A stretch of DNA of 64,000 nucleotides from Paramoeba atlantica (GCA_977017575.1 CDRNVI010000140.1:386021-450020), one strand, 5' to 3'. Shown: positions 49,226 through 61,589, numbered from the stretch's first letter. Notes: generated by a model not told the origin, from the sequence alone. Numbers and translations: made by a program.

Positions 49226-49506
49226 TGAACACGTCTACTTTGGTACAGACTAAAGAAGGCGTGTCAGAAATATGTTGAATGGACAACTGAAGAGCGGTCC
49301 TCAGAAGTCTCACGAAAAAGCGAGAAACTTCCTGATGACATCATCAATGGTGTTCTTTATTTAGATTCACAGAAGGTCGACTTGGAGGAGACCAAGGGTC
49401 GACTTGAAGGAGATTGGGAATTGACTTGGAGAAGATCAAGAGTCGGATCAAACGAATAGAGCAGAGAGCCAAGTGTCTTCAGAGTAGCGCACATTGCTCG
49501 TGTGCA
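49226..49506 (-). repeat. 3' LTR
   Basis: TGCACAC...GTGTTCA on the element strand; PPT GGGCGGGGAGAG immediately upstream (49507-49518). Confidence 0.93.
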
Positions 49507-52500
49507 CTCTCCCCGCCCGAGAGGTCCTTCGTTTAGGAGAAACAGAGGTGCTCGAAGAAGAGCTCGAGGAGCTTGAAGAGCTTGAGGACTTGGAAGAGGA
49601 AGAAGACTTCTTGGTCGATTTAGAGGTTGAAGATTTGGAGGTTTTCGATAATTTAGAGGAAGAGGAAGAGGAAGAAGACTTCTTGGGTGACTTGGAAGTC
49701 GATGATTTGGAGGATGATGACTTAGAAGAAGATGATTTAGAAGGAGGTGAATTCAGAGGGTGTTTCTGATGATACCTTTCGATTTGTTCTGAAGCATCAA
49801 TTTGTGAAACATGGATCCATTCAGCATCGGCCTTTCGGTAGTGTTTGAAATGCACTCGATAATAAAGTTCTCCATTCGAATACTTATGCTTAAGGATTTC
49901 CTTCACTTCAAAATCATAACCATCATCATCTTCAACAATCTCTTCAGGTGCTGGCTCTGAATTAACAATAGATATTTCATTTGATTCAGGATGCAGAGTA
50001 ATCTCGTACCGAACATGGAGTTTCTTTAAGTTCTGAACGTTTTGGATTTCTGAATTCTTCTCTCGTTTGAGTTCTTGAATCCGGTAACTTCCATTCTTAA
50101 GATCCTCCACAACCACATAAATCTCTTGGTAATAATAGGGTCTGTACTTCTTCGCAATCTCTTTTCCTTTTGATTTGTTTCTCTTCAACACTTGATCACC
50201 AACCTTCAACACAGTGTATGTTCCTTCATTTGCTTTGTCATATCGTTGTTTTTGTTTCACAGCCACTTTCTCTCTCTCCTCTCGAACCCAATTAATTATG
50301 CCCTCCCTCTCAGTTTGTAGCTTCTTGACGTAGTCATCAATCAGTACCACTGGTTTGTTCACAGAGCCGAAGAGAGAATCGATTGGCATAATTGGATGTC
50401 TCCCAAAGTGAAGATAGAAAGGTGTATAACCAGTCGAGGAGGAACGAGAAGTATTGAAAGCAAATTCCACAAGAGGTAAGAGAAGGTCCCAATCGTCTGC
50501 ATATTTATCAACAAATGAGCAAATGATTGATTCCGTAACTTTGTGGGAACATTCAACACGGCCATTACTTTTGGAGTTGTAGGGGGCAATAAAGGTTTGT
50601 TTCATTCCGAGAAGCTGGGTCAGTTCTGCAAAAATTTGATTTGCAAATTCTGAACCATTATCTGTTACTATCCGCAAAGGCATTGAATTAACACAAACAT
50701 ACTGAAGTAAGGCTTCAGCAGAGGCTTCGGCAGAGGGATCTGGAATTGCATACAGACGTATATAGCCACTAAAGTTATCAAGGATAGCTAAAATAAAAGA
50801 ATTCCCACGAGCAGTGACTTTTGGTCCCTTTGTACAATCCAGGTGGAGTAAAATTCCAGGATAAGAAGCCATATAAGGGTTTAAATCAGATGTCAATGTC
50901 TTTGTTTTCGAGTTGATCGCACAATTAAGGCAACAGTGATAGTAACCTTTGATCACAGCACTCATACCAGGAAAATAATAGGAGACAGCAATTGCATCAT
51001 AAAGTCGCTCGAACTTGCGGTGTCCAGAGATTAGATCTGAATGATAAGCGTCAAATACTGTATTCCACAAACTCTGGGGCAGAATTGCAGGTGGGAAACA
51101 ACCAGCAGCTGTAGTTTCATCCACTTTCCTCAAGATTCCGGATTCATCAACCCAGTACTTGTGAGCAGTTCGTTGGAGTGCCCGAAGATAGCGCTTCCTC
51201 TTAGGCAAGAGGCCATTAATCAAGTAATTAATAATCATTGAGCAAAACTTATCTTTCCTTTGAGCCTGAGCAAGGTAAGGAAGTTCAACTAAAACCCGAT
51301 CAATGTCATCCGTATCCACTTCAACATTCTCAGAACTTTCTTTTGCTGTGGAAAGTGGCAGAGGCAGTGATTGAATAGGAGGAATGTCACGAATTTCCGG
51401 CTCACTGATTAATTCAATTTTTTCCAAAATGTCGTTTTGTCTCGAGAGGATATGGGTTTTTCCTGAAGAAGATTGTCCCAAATCCACCAACTCTTCAAAC
51501 CAATGAGTCACATAATTCTTTGAAGTGGCCTTATCATGATATCCAACATACTGGCGGCTTAGAGCATCAGGGATTGCCATCAACTTTCCAGGTTTGTGAA
51601 TGACCTTTGGGTGATATTCTAGAATTCGAGCAACCCAATCGCGCAGCATATCATGGTTCGGTACTTTCTGTTGACCCGTTTTAAACACAGATTTGAGAGA
51701 TTCGCAATCACAGAACACAATAGGATTTCGACCACGGACGTAATACTTGAAGTTGTTTAATGCTCACAGGATTCTAAGGCCCTCCCGCAGAGGATTAGTG
51801 TACTTCTGCTGTGTCTCTGTGAGTGTTCGAGAAGCATACTCAATAACTCGGTGGTGGCTATCTTGATCCATCTGAGTGAGAATCGCTCCAAGACCAAGCT
51901 TGCTGGCATCAACATGGATAAAAAATTCCTTTGAGAAGTCAGGATGGGCCATACAGGTTTCAGATGTCAAGAGCTCCTTTAAGAGATGTATCTCCTTGAT
52001 GGATTCTTGGGATAGCGAAAACTTCTTTGGATCCATCACTTTGGCTTTTCTCAAGTGTGTTGTTAAACTGGATGAACGAGGGATGAACCGTTTTAACCAA
52101 GTAACCATTCCCAAAAATCTCTCAACTTCCTTTGGAGTAGTTGGAAGTGGGTAATTCTGGATTGCCTCAACTTTTTTCAGATTTGGCTTCAAACCATCCT
52201 TCGTCATGATAAATCCAAGAATTTCAAAATTTGGCTTGCAAAACAAGCACTTTGCTGGTTGGAGCATCAAATCATTGTCCCTCAATCTTTGGAAAATTTT
52301 CGTCAGATCAGCCAGATGTTGTTCAAACGTTGAGCTGTAACAAAGGATATCATCGATGTAGGCAAAACAACATTGCCAAACCAAACCACTCAAGACCGTT
52401 TCAATAAACTGTTGTTGTGTTGCTGGAGTGTTACATAACCCAAAAGGCATCAAGAGAAATTCCTAGAGACCATATTTGCTGGTAAAGGCAGCCTTTTCAA

Positions 52501-55500
52501 TGTCTCCTTCTCTGATTGGGATCGACCAGAAAGCCTCAGACAGGTCAATAGAGGAAAAATAAGAAGAACTGCCAAGTGCAGCTAAGATTTCATCCATACG
52601 GGGTAGTGGATAAGAGTCCTTCTTTGTTTTTTCATTCAGGCGACGGAAATCCACACAAAACCAAACATTTCCATTCTTCTTGTCTGCCAAGAGAATTGGA
52701 GCAGCCCAAGGAGAGTTAGATTTTCTAATCACTTTCCTTTTCACCATCTTGTCAATATGTTTCCATATGATGCAGTCTTCGACAGGTGTGGTTCTACAGG
52801 GTTTTGCTCTCAAGGGTGGACCCTCTGCCTCGATTGGATGACTCATTGCTGTGGTCCTAGTAATTGGACCTTCTCGCTTCTCATCATCCCACAAGTCTTG
52901 GAAAGAAACCAACATCTCCGCTAATTGTATTTTCTGCCTGTCATTCAATTCAGCATTATCCAAACCAAATTTCTCATATACTTCTTTGAATTTATCAGGT
53001 GGATCTTTTTTATGTGCAGCAGACTTGTTTTGGGTGGCGATGTGAGTAAGCAATTGTATCACAGATGAGTCACAATCGAGGTCAGGGTTGGGGTGTCTGG
53101 TGGATCGATCAGATTTGCCATTCTGATGATCATGCAACTTCCGTCTCTTCTGTTTAGGTTTTTGAAATAAATCCTCATCCTCAATCATTTTCTCAAGCCA
53201 TGGTCCAGCGAGTGCACAGAGATAATTGGCACCAGTCTTTGCATTAACTGATTTTGTGTGAGGTGGTTGTTTCTTGAGTACAGATTTTCGAAGACAGGGT
53301 TCAATCAAAGAGTGTTTCGAGAGTTGAAGAAGCTCAGTGTTTTCGACATCATGGTCATTAAGCTGATAAACCATTCCAACTTCGAGATTTTTCTTCACTT
53401 GGACCTCAGTCTCAGAATGATTCATCACAAGAACATTCAGTGTGTTGCGTTTTTTACCTTGCTTGATTGTAACCAAGCCAGGAAGGAATAACAAACTCTC
53501 TGATCCAATTGATGGAAAGAAGAATCCTTCAGGTGACAATGCACAGCCGTTCAGTGTTAGTGGAAGGAACACTGATGATCTTGGAGGGATTGCCTTTGTC
53601 TCAGCCAAGAGTACTAAGGTCTTATCTCACCTCTCTACATCAACATAGAAATCTGGATCTGTGACCTGAGGAAGGGTGATGTTGAGCTGTGCCGAATTTG
53701 CCTGGATGCATCTCCGACCTTTTCATATTAAATGACCATCACTGAGACCTAGGCAACATCGTTTCATGGCACTGAAGCCAATCAATGTTTGAACAGGGAG
53801 GTCATCAATAATGAAGAACCAGAGTCCTTGGGAAAACTCCTTTCCAATCTTGACCATGGTGAGAATCTCTTCATTAATCACAACTTCGGTTGAGTTTCCC
53901 ACTTTGACTTGAAGCTCGTCAGCTCGCCGTTGGCTCAGGATCTCAAATCCAGGACGCAAAAGTTGCTGACGACTGATCGCATTGATACCAGATCCCGTGT
54001 CTATACAAGTAGTAGTTGCTAATCCACCCGCCTGAGACACAACTTCAAATGCACAACCAATATCCCGGCTTTCTGCATTGATTACTAAATTCGGAAGAAC
54101 ATTGATCACATGATCTGAAGGAAGGTTGGTATGGGATGATGAATCAGCCCGAACGTGAACATCAGAGTGTTTCAGAGGTTCTTGAACGTGAGTGTTGGAC
54201 TGGCTCAGAGGTTCTTTGTATTCAGTTGAGCAACTAGGTGAAATAGAAGAAAGTGAATTAACAGGGCAAATTCGAGTTCGTTTATTTGGTTGTTCTGAGT
54301 TGCCATCCCCCTTGGGAGTCAACTCAAATCTTTTCTCTAACTCTCCGATGAGTGTATTCATAAATATCCTCTGTTTTTTCTTCTTGTCTCGAGGCGACTT
54401 TGGTGCTGGGGGTTCTCTGGATGAATGGTCACGTTTCCTTTTGTTCAACATTCGACAATCAGAAGTCCAGTGAGAGCTGTTCTTCTTGTGTTCCTTACAA
54501 TAGAAGCCATCTCTTGCAAAGTCCCTCTTCTTCCAACAACTCTCTGCCTTGTGAGTTGTTTTGCCACAATAGTGACATGGTTCCTGATCCTGCAGCTCTT
54601 TTGCCGTCCTCTCTCTTTCTGAACTCAATGTCAAGTTCTTCAAACTGGTGATTGTGGGGTAGCTTTTCTGCTCTTTCACGAGGCATGCAATTTGTTCAAA
54701 TTCCCTCGAGTGGCTCATCCCGCTGGCTGATTCCCAAGCTCTGGCAAAGGGGGAAGCTTCCACACGATTCTCAAAGGTCTCTCTGAGAGATTCATTGTCA
54801 AAGGTCAACGTAGAATCTGCGAGACTGGCAGCTGCAAGAAAATCAACCACTTGGGGCAAAAACTCCTTGTTCATCTTGAACTCAAAATTCTGATATTTCT
54901 TGGTCACATTGTGCAACGGTTTGTTCAAAAGACCATTTGAAAAAGAGACATTATACAGGATTTCTTGAACACTGTTGATTGTCTCTCAACCAGACACTTG
55001 GATTCCCACTTTCTCGAGCTCAGTGCTGACCAACTTTGCTGCAATAGAATTGTTGGGCCACTTGAATCGATTCCACTGTTGGTAAATATACTCAAGCTTC
55101 TCGCACAGCATTGGATATTGCTTGATGGGAGTCATCAACAATTTGATTGATCTCTCGAGATCCTTGTAGGTCATTGTTGGCAGGAGGTCCAAAGGCACTG
55201 GAACCAGAGTGTCTCTTCTCGACGAGGTAACTGATGACCGGCCAAAGTTGTGGCCTGCATTGTGTGCAAGATGATTGGACAGAGGAGTTCGAGGGAGACT
55301 TGGCATGGGGCTCGCTGCTTGCTGGCTAGAATTGGGAGCAGCAACTGGGGAGTAGAGTTGCCCACTAATCATAATGTTTTCCAAGAAAGGTTGAGTTGCC
55401 CTCGCCAGAGAGACTGCTGGGGTTTGTTCTTCCAAAGGTTGAGCATTCCCCTCCCTCTCAGTAGGTGGTTGCTCTTGTGGTTCCAGTTCGGAGTAGGTTT

Positions 55501-55699
55501 CTCCAGTCCCAATGGCAGCTTGCAGGCATGGATGTCTGCCCCTCTCTCTCCTGAATTGTCTTTTACTAAGATGCATATACTCGCATGTATCTCCTTTGGG
55601 ACAGGAACCCTCAGGATTAAGTGCATTGAAGGATTGGCACTGCACGTTCCTATGTGTGGGGTTATTTATGATCGATTCATTCAGGAAATACATATCCAT
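49448..55699 (-). pseudogene. Single-frame Gag-Pol polyprotein with five in-frame stops
   Basis: The five ORF-track fragments all lie in one frame; stops at 54986, 53723, 53627, 52463 and 51764. Confidence 0.9.
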
Positions 55700-56013
55700 T
55701 GTGCAGCTTGGTAGGCTCAGAGCGATGGAAAAACCCAATGGGAAAACCGGTGCTCAGAGTTCAAAAAAAAAAAAAGAAAAGTCGCTTGCTCAAAAAACCA
55801 ATTGGTGGAAAAATAGCCGACTCAAAAAGAAGATAAACAATCGAAAGTAGAAGATCAGTTGTTGTGAGGAAACCTGGCCTCCAGGAAAAAACCTCACCAG
55901 AATGTTTGTTTGCGAAAACAAAGCACTGTTGTTGTTTCAATTCAAAGAACAAATGTTCAATCTCGGTATCGAAAGTGAGCATGAGTTCTGAAAATCAAAA
56001 CCGGCATTGCCAA

Positions 56014-56294
56014 TAAACACATTTACTTTGGTACAGACTAAAGAAGGTGTGTTAGAAATATGTTGAATGGACAACTGAAGAGCGGTCCTCAGAAGTCTCA
56101 CGAAAAAGTGAGAAACTTCCTGATGACATCATCAATGGTGTTCTTTATTTAGATTCACAGAAGGTCGACTTGGAGGAGACCAAGGGTCAACTTGAAGGAG
56201 ATTGGGAATTGACTTGGAGAAGATCAAGAGTCAGATCAAACGAATAGAGCAGAGAGCCAAGTGTCTTCAGAGTAGCGCACATTGCTCGTGTGCA
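56014..56294 (-). repeat. 5' LTR
   Basis: 273 of 281 positions identical to the 3' LTR; followed on the element strand by T-TGGCAATGCCGG (putative PBS). Confidence 0.93.
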
Positions 56295-58000
56295 CTTTCC
56301 TCATGCTTTTCTTTCACCAAAGGCAGTTTCTCTTCTTCCTCCAGTTCTTTTTTACCAAGTACATTCCCAATAAACTCTTTGAAATATCTCTTAGTTCCTT
56401 CAACAGGCTCATCCTCACACTCAAGCACAGCAACATTGCAAATATCAATTGCTGGTTCAGTAGAATCATCTGTAATTGGTATTTTTCTTGATACAATCAA
56501 GAAAAATAGTCTGGTAAAACATTATGGATCCCTTTTTAATAAACAATGTAGAAGTTGTAATCCAACAGAAAATCCAACCAATCTAAAATCATAAACTTTG
56601 TACTTGAATTCAAATATATAAGGCCTTATGATCCATTTCCACTCTAAACTTCTGCCCAAAAACATATGAACAGAACTTCTTAATCGCAAAAATAATTGCT
56701 AAAAGTTCCCTCTTTGGTGTAGGATAATTTCGTTGCCCCGCTTGAAGAGTTTTTGATGCAAATACAATATAACATTTCTTGTCATTTGCATCAACTTGGT
56801 ACAATACTGCACCAACTGCATATTGTGAAGCATCAGTTGCAATATGAAATTCTCGATCCCAATCTGACTGAGACAACACCAGAGCATTCAAGATAACTTC
56901 TTTGAAAAAATCAAAAGACTTGTCTTGTTCCTTGCCCCACGTCTTACCAAGATGCTTTATCTTTCGCAACTTGTCCAATAGAGCTGCAATAGTCATATAA
57001 TTTGGAATAAAATCCCTCAAAAAATTCAAAAAACCAAGAAGACTTTCAACTTGCTTTCCAGTTTGAGGTTTCATCATCTTCTGAGCCATTTTTTTCTTGA
57101 ATGAATCGATCTCTCGAGTAAAACCATTAATCAAATGACCTATGAATTGAATCCTCTTTATACAGAATTTTGATTTCTTCATTTTAATCCAAAATCCTGC
57201 TCTTGTCAACTTTTGGATAACTCTGTGAGCTTCATTAGAATGATTTTTCAGCTTTTTTGAAAAAACTAGAAAATTATTCAAATAACTTGCAGCTTCATCT
57301 GAAACACTGATAATTTGTTCTTCTTAAATTTGAAAATGTGTAACCACACCTTTCAGCCCAAATGGCATCCTCACATACACATACTAACTTTTATCAAATG
57401 TCAGAAAACCCAACAATGGCTAACTCTTTTTTGACACCACAATATGATGATAAGTCTCTGTAAGATTGATTTCGGTAAAATATTTCACACCCTGAACACA
57501 TTCAAACAATTCTGTAGGAGATAGCAAAATATTACTTGAATCCTTTGTTAAAGCATTTACTGCTCTCAAATCCAAACAAACTCTGATATCATCAGGATTC
57601 ACCTGACCACTAGACTTCTTAGAGACCACTAAAAGAGGGGAATTCCACAAGTTCTTCTCGTCTTTGTCCCACTTCTTAACAAATCTTTTTTTCATCTACT
57701 CATTTACTCACTCCATAACCTTTCCTTTCAATTTCTCAGGGATCGGATACTGTGACACAAACTTCAAAGTGTCTTCTTTCAAAGAAATTTTAAACTCAGA
57801 ACCTGGGAGCACACAATGAGAATTTTTCTGCAGTCTCTGGTTTTCCCTATACATTGCAAAAAACTAATGAATTTTTTCGAAAGATTTACGAATTGAATTG
57901 ATTAAGGTGACAATTCTATCTGAAAGAGATGAAAAACGTCGAAGCATAAGGTGTGCTAAAAAAGAAACCTTTTGTTTTTCTTTGATTTTCTCAATTCTTT
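56295..58000 (-). mobile_element. Old decayed Ty3/Gypsy pol (RT, RNase H, integrase start; right piece)
   Basis: WNSPLLVV..DIRVCLDLRAVN, YLNN (former YLDD), ATDASQYAVGAVL, RELLAIIFAIKKF; multiple stops and frameshifts. Confidence 0.88.
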
Positions 58001-59464
58001 CTTTTGATTGTGTGTGGAAAAGTGAAATGATTGATTCAATGGTGTTGTTTTTAATAGTTTGTGAATAAAGAAAAAAAAAAAGAATAACAAACTAAAACAT
58101 TCACTTGAAATATGGAATAAAAAAGTTCATTGGTAAATCAAACAATCTATTATGTATCTTTTCAAACCTTTCAACTCTTCTTTTCTTTCAATTTCTTTCT
58201 TTTCTCTTTCTGTTTTTCTGTTTTTTTCTCACCCACTGCTTTCTTTTCCGAAAAAGAAAAAAAAAATCCAATTCCCAATCAAATGTTGCCACATCATCTA
58301 TTTTCTTTTTCTTTTTTTGGTTTTTTTTTGGTTTTTTTTGGTTTTTTGTTTTGAACAGTTTTTTTTTTTTTTTTTTGTTTGTAAGAAAGAAAGAAAAAAA
58401 GAAAAAGAAAGAGAAAGAGAAAGATTCAACAAAAAAGAGAAAAAAACAAAAAAAAACAAAGAAAAAGGATTGTATGACCAAAATTGATTGAAAAAATCCA
58501 AATGCAAACCAAAAATAAGATTAAAGAAGAAAAAAAGAAAAAGAATTGAATTTGTATTGGTCCTATCTTGATGGAAGCTTGAACAACTAAGAAAAAACAA
58601 GAACATTTGAATTCTTTTTCACCTCTTTGCCAAATTTCAAGAAAAAAAATCACACCCAAAATAAAAATCGGTTTTTCAGCAAAAAAGTTTTTCTTTTTTG
58701 TTTTTTGTTTTTGTTTGATTTTTGTGTTTGGTTTTTGTTTTTTGAAAAATGAGAAAAATAAACTTTTAGAAATCAAGAGATTTTTGGTTTTTTTAATATA
58801 TCATTTTTATATTAAGAAAGAGAAATGAAAAACCAATCTATTTTTCTCAAAGTGAGAAAGATAAGAGAATTCACAAGGTTTATCCGGTGATTCAATTCTT
58901 TGAGGTTTTCTTTCTTTTCTTTTTTCCTCTTCTTTTTCTTGTTTCTTTTTTTCTTTTTCTCTTTTTCTTTTTCGTTTCTTTTTTCTTCTTTTTCCTTCAT
59001 CTCTTTTTTTTTTTTACTTTTTTTCATACAAAATTGTTTTTTTTTTTCTTTTTCTTTTTTTCTTTTTTTTTTTTTTCTTTTTTTCTTTTTTCTTTTTCTC
59101 TTTTTTCTTTTTCTCTTTTTCTTTTTCTTTTTTAAAAAAATTTAGAAAAATGAAAAACTAATTCTTTTTATTTTCAGAATGAACAATAAAAAAAATCAAA
59201 AGGGATTCATTTTCTTTTGTGTTGAGTGGAAATAGGATTTCTTTTTTTTCAATGGTTTTTTGATTTCTTTTTTGATTTATTTTTTTCTTTTTCTCTCATT
59301 TTCTTTTTTTTTTTTTCTTTTTGTTTTTTTTTATTTCTTTTTTATTTCAGGGTTTTGAAAGCTTAAAAATATGAAAGTTTGTTTTTTGTTGTTTCTTTTA
59401 AGTTTTAATCTTTTTGTTGATATTCGAAATTTTTTTTGTTTTATTTTTTTTTATTTTAATTGTT

Positions 59465-60320
59465 TTTTTTCTTCAGAGAGTGTTTTTTATCATTGAAAAT
59501 GACATCATCTTATTTCCTGTGATTTATTGTATCCAAAGAATTCTATTTTTCTCTCAGATAAAGCACAATGTGATGTGATGGGTTAGAGGTTCAGTTTCTT
59601 TTTTCCAACATTTTTTTAAACAATATTTAAATAATTAAAGTTTTAATGTTTTTTCCTTCAGAAACTATTCTTTATTATTGAAAATTATATCATTTTATTC
59701 CTTGTGATTTACTGTATCCAAAGAAATCTATTTTTCTCTTAGATAAAACACAATGATGTGATGTGAGGGGTTCAGTTTTTTTTTTCTGATATTTTTCTAA
59801 ACAATATTTAAATAATTTTGTTTTATTGTTTTTTCCTTCAGAAACTGTTCTTTATCATTGAAAATAATATCATCTTATTCCTTGTGATTTACTGTATCCA
59901 AAGAAGCCTATTTTTCTCAGATAAAGCACAATGATGTAATATGAGGGGTTCAGTTTCTTTTTTCAGGTATTTTTTTAAACAATAACTAATTACTTTTTTT
60001 TATTGTTTTTTCCTTCAGAAACTATTCTTTATTATTGAAAATGATATCATCTTATTTCTTGTGATTTACTGTATCCAAAGAAGTCTATTTTTCTCAGATA
60101 AAGCACTTGATGTGATGTGAGGGGTTCAGTTTCTTTTTTTTAATATTTTTTTAAACAATAACTAATTACTTTTTTTTATTGTTTTTTCCTTCAGAAACTG
60201 TTCTTTATCATTGAAAATCACATCGTCTTATTCCCTGTGATTTATTCTCTCTAAAGAATCCTATTTTTCTCAAATAAGCACCTGATGTGATGTGAAGGGT
60301 TCAGTTTCTTTTTTTCAGTA
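59465..60320. repeat. Subtelomeric tandem repeat, about 5 units of 176-185 bp
   Basis: TTCAG anchors at ~59472, 59657, 59837, 60014 and 60190; conserved TGTATCCAAAGAA, GATAAAGCAC and GATGTGA. Confidence 0.9.
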
Positions 60321-61002
60321 TTTTTTGAAATAGTAGAGTTTAGGGTTTATAGCTCTTGCCCAGTTCAACCTATTATTTTATAGATTTAGGCTCTTTACTC
60401 CCTTTAAATCAATATTTTTTTTTAAAAGTCTTTTTGCAACATTAAGTTTTCCTGCAACTTAAAATTTCTTCTTTTTTTTTATTTTTCTTTAAAGAAAAGA
60501 TTTTTATTTAAAATAAATGGTTGTAAGAGAAAGAAAATGGTTTCTTAAAAAAATTGAAAAAATAAATTTATTCAATTTATTTTGAAAAATTATTTATTAT
60601 TTTTTGAAAAAAAACAATTGAAAAAAATTAAAAAAAAAAAAAAAATAGAAAACAAGTCGAAAGAGAAATAAGAAGAATTTAAAGAAAGAAAAAAAAAAGA
60701 AAAAAATTCAAACAAAAAAAAGGTCAACAAAAGACATAAAAAAAAAGGAGATAATACAATAGAAAAGATTTTAATCTATTCTTCTCTTTCTTTTGATAAT
60801 AGTAACCAACACAAGGTTCAATTAATACAATAGAAGAAAAAGCAAAACAGCTTAACATAACAAGAAGAGAAGTGAAATCCATAAAGTTCACTCAATAATT
60901 CACCTTTAAATAAAAAAAAAATAATATGAGAAAAAAAAAAGAAAAAAAATGAAGGATTTTTGATCTCTCCAAAAAAAAAAAAAAAAATATAAACCAATCA
61001 CT

Positions 61003-61580
61003 CCAAGCTGGCTAAACTATGCACCTCGAGTTGTGAATTTATCAATCATCCAAACTAACTCCATCACTTCCATTCAAGGCCTCAAAAAAAAAGTTCCACC
61101 TTAGCAAATAATCAGTTCCAACTCAATTTTGGACAAACCTTTGAAAATCAGAATTCCGAAAAACAATCTTTCTTTTTCAGAATTCCAAAAAACAAAATAC
61201 TCAGAATCTAGCCAAACACAAAAAAAAATTCATTTTCAGAATTTCAAAAAACACAAAAACCTTGTTTTCTCCTGAAAAGATAAAAAAATGAAAGAAAAAA
61301 ATACAAGAAGATACAAGAAGACTCCCAAACCAAAAAAACAAAGCTTACAAAAAAAACTTGAAAAAAAGAAGAACAAATCTTGTTTCTCTCTCATCTTTCA
61401 ACTTTTCTGAAACTCAAAACACAAGAAAAAAACAAAAAAGAGTGGTGAATCAAAAAAAAAAACCAAAAAAACTGATATGGACATGATTTTTTTTGCAGGT
61501 TTGAAAGAAATAAACAGGGTTGATTTGGATGATTGATAAATTCATGACTCAAGGTGCATCGGGTTTAGCCAGTCTGGTGT
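61003..61580. repeat. Imperfect inverted repeat pair (about 50-60 bp arms)
   Basis: 61008-61054 CTGGCTAAAC..ATGCACCT.GAGT..TGAATTTATCAATCATCCAAA matches the reverse complement of 61524-61572. Confidence 0.8.
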
Positions 61581-61589
61581 GAAAATAAA

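Larger units (their letters stand above)
49226..56294 (-). mobile_element. Full-length chromodomain-bearing Ty3/Gypsy LTR retrotransposon
   Basis: Two 281-bp LTRs, 4-bp TSD CTTT, PPT, PBS-like TGG; Gag with CCHC knuckle, protease DTG, RT YIDD, RNase H DAS, integrase, chromodomain. Confidence 0.95.

Noticed and set aside
48978-49313. ORF 48978-49313 as an intact gene
   Set aside because: Chimera of 3' LTR sequence and the old integrase remnant
49448-55699. TGA reassignment or selenocysteine explaining the in-frame stops
   Set aside because: Host genes (S53, ZIP, TMLHE) end in TGA, and one internal stop is TAG; mutation is the simpler explanation
49226-56294. APOBEC-like single-strand hypermutation during reverse transcription
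   Set aside because: LTR differences are C>T on both strands and confined to one LTR, so they arose after integration
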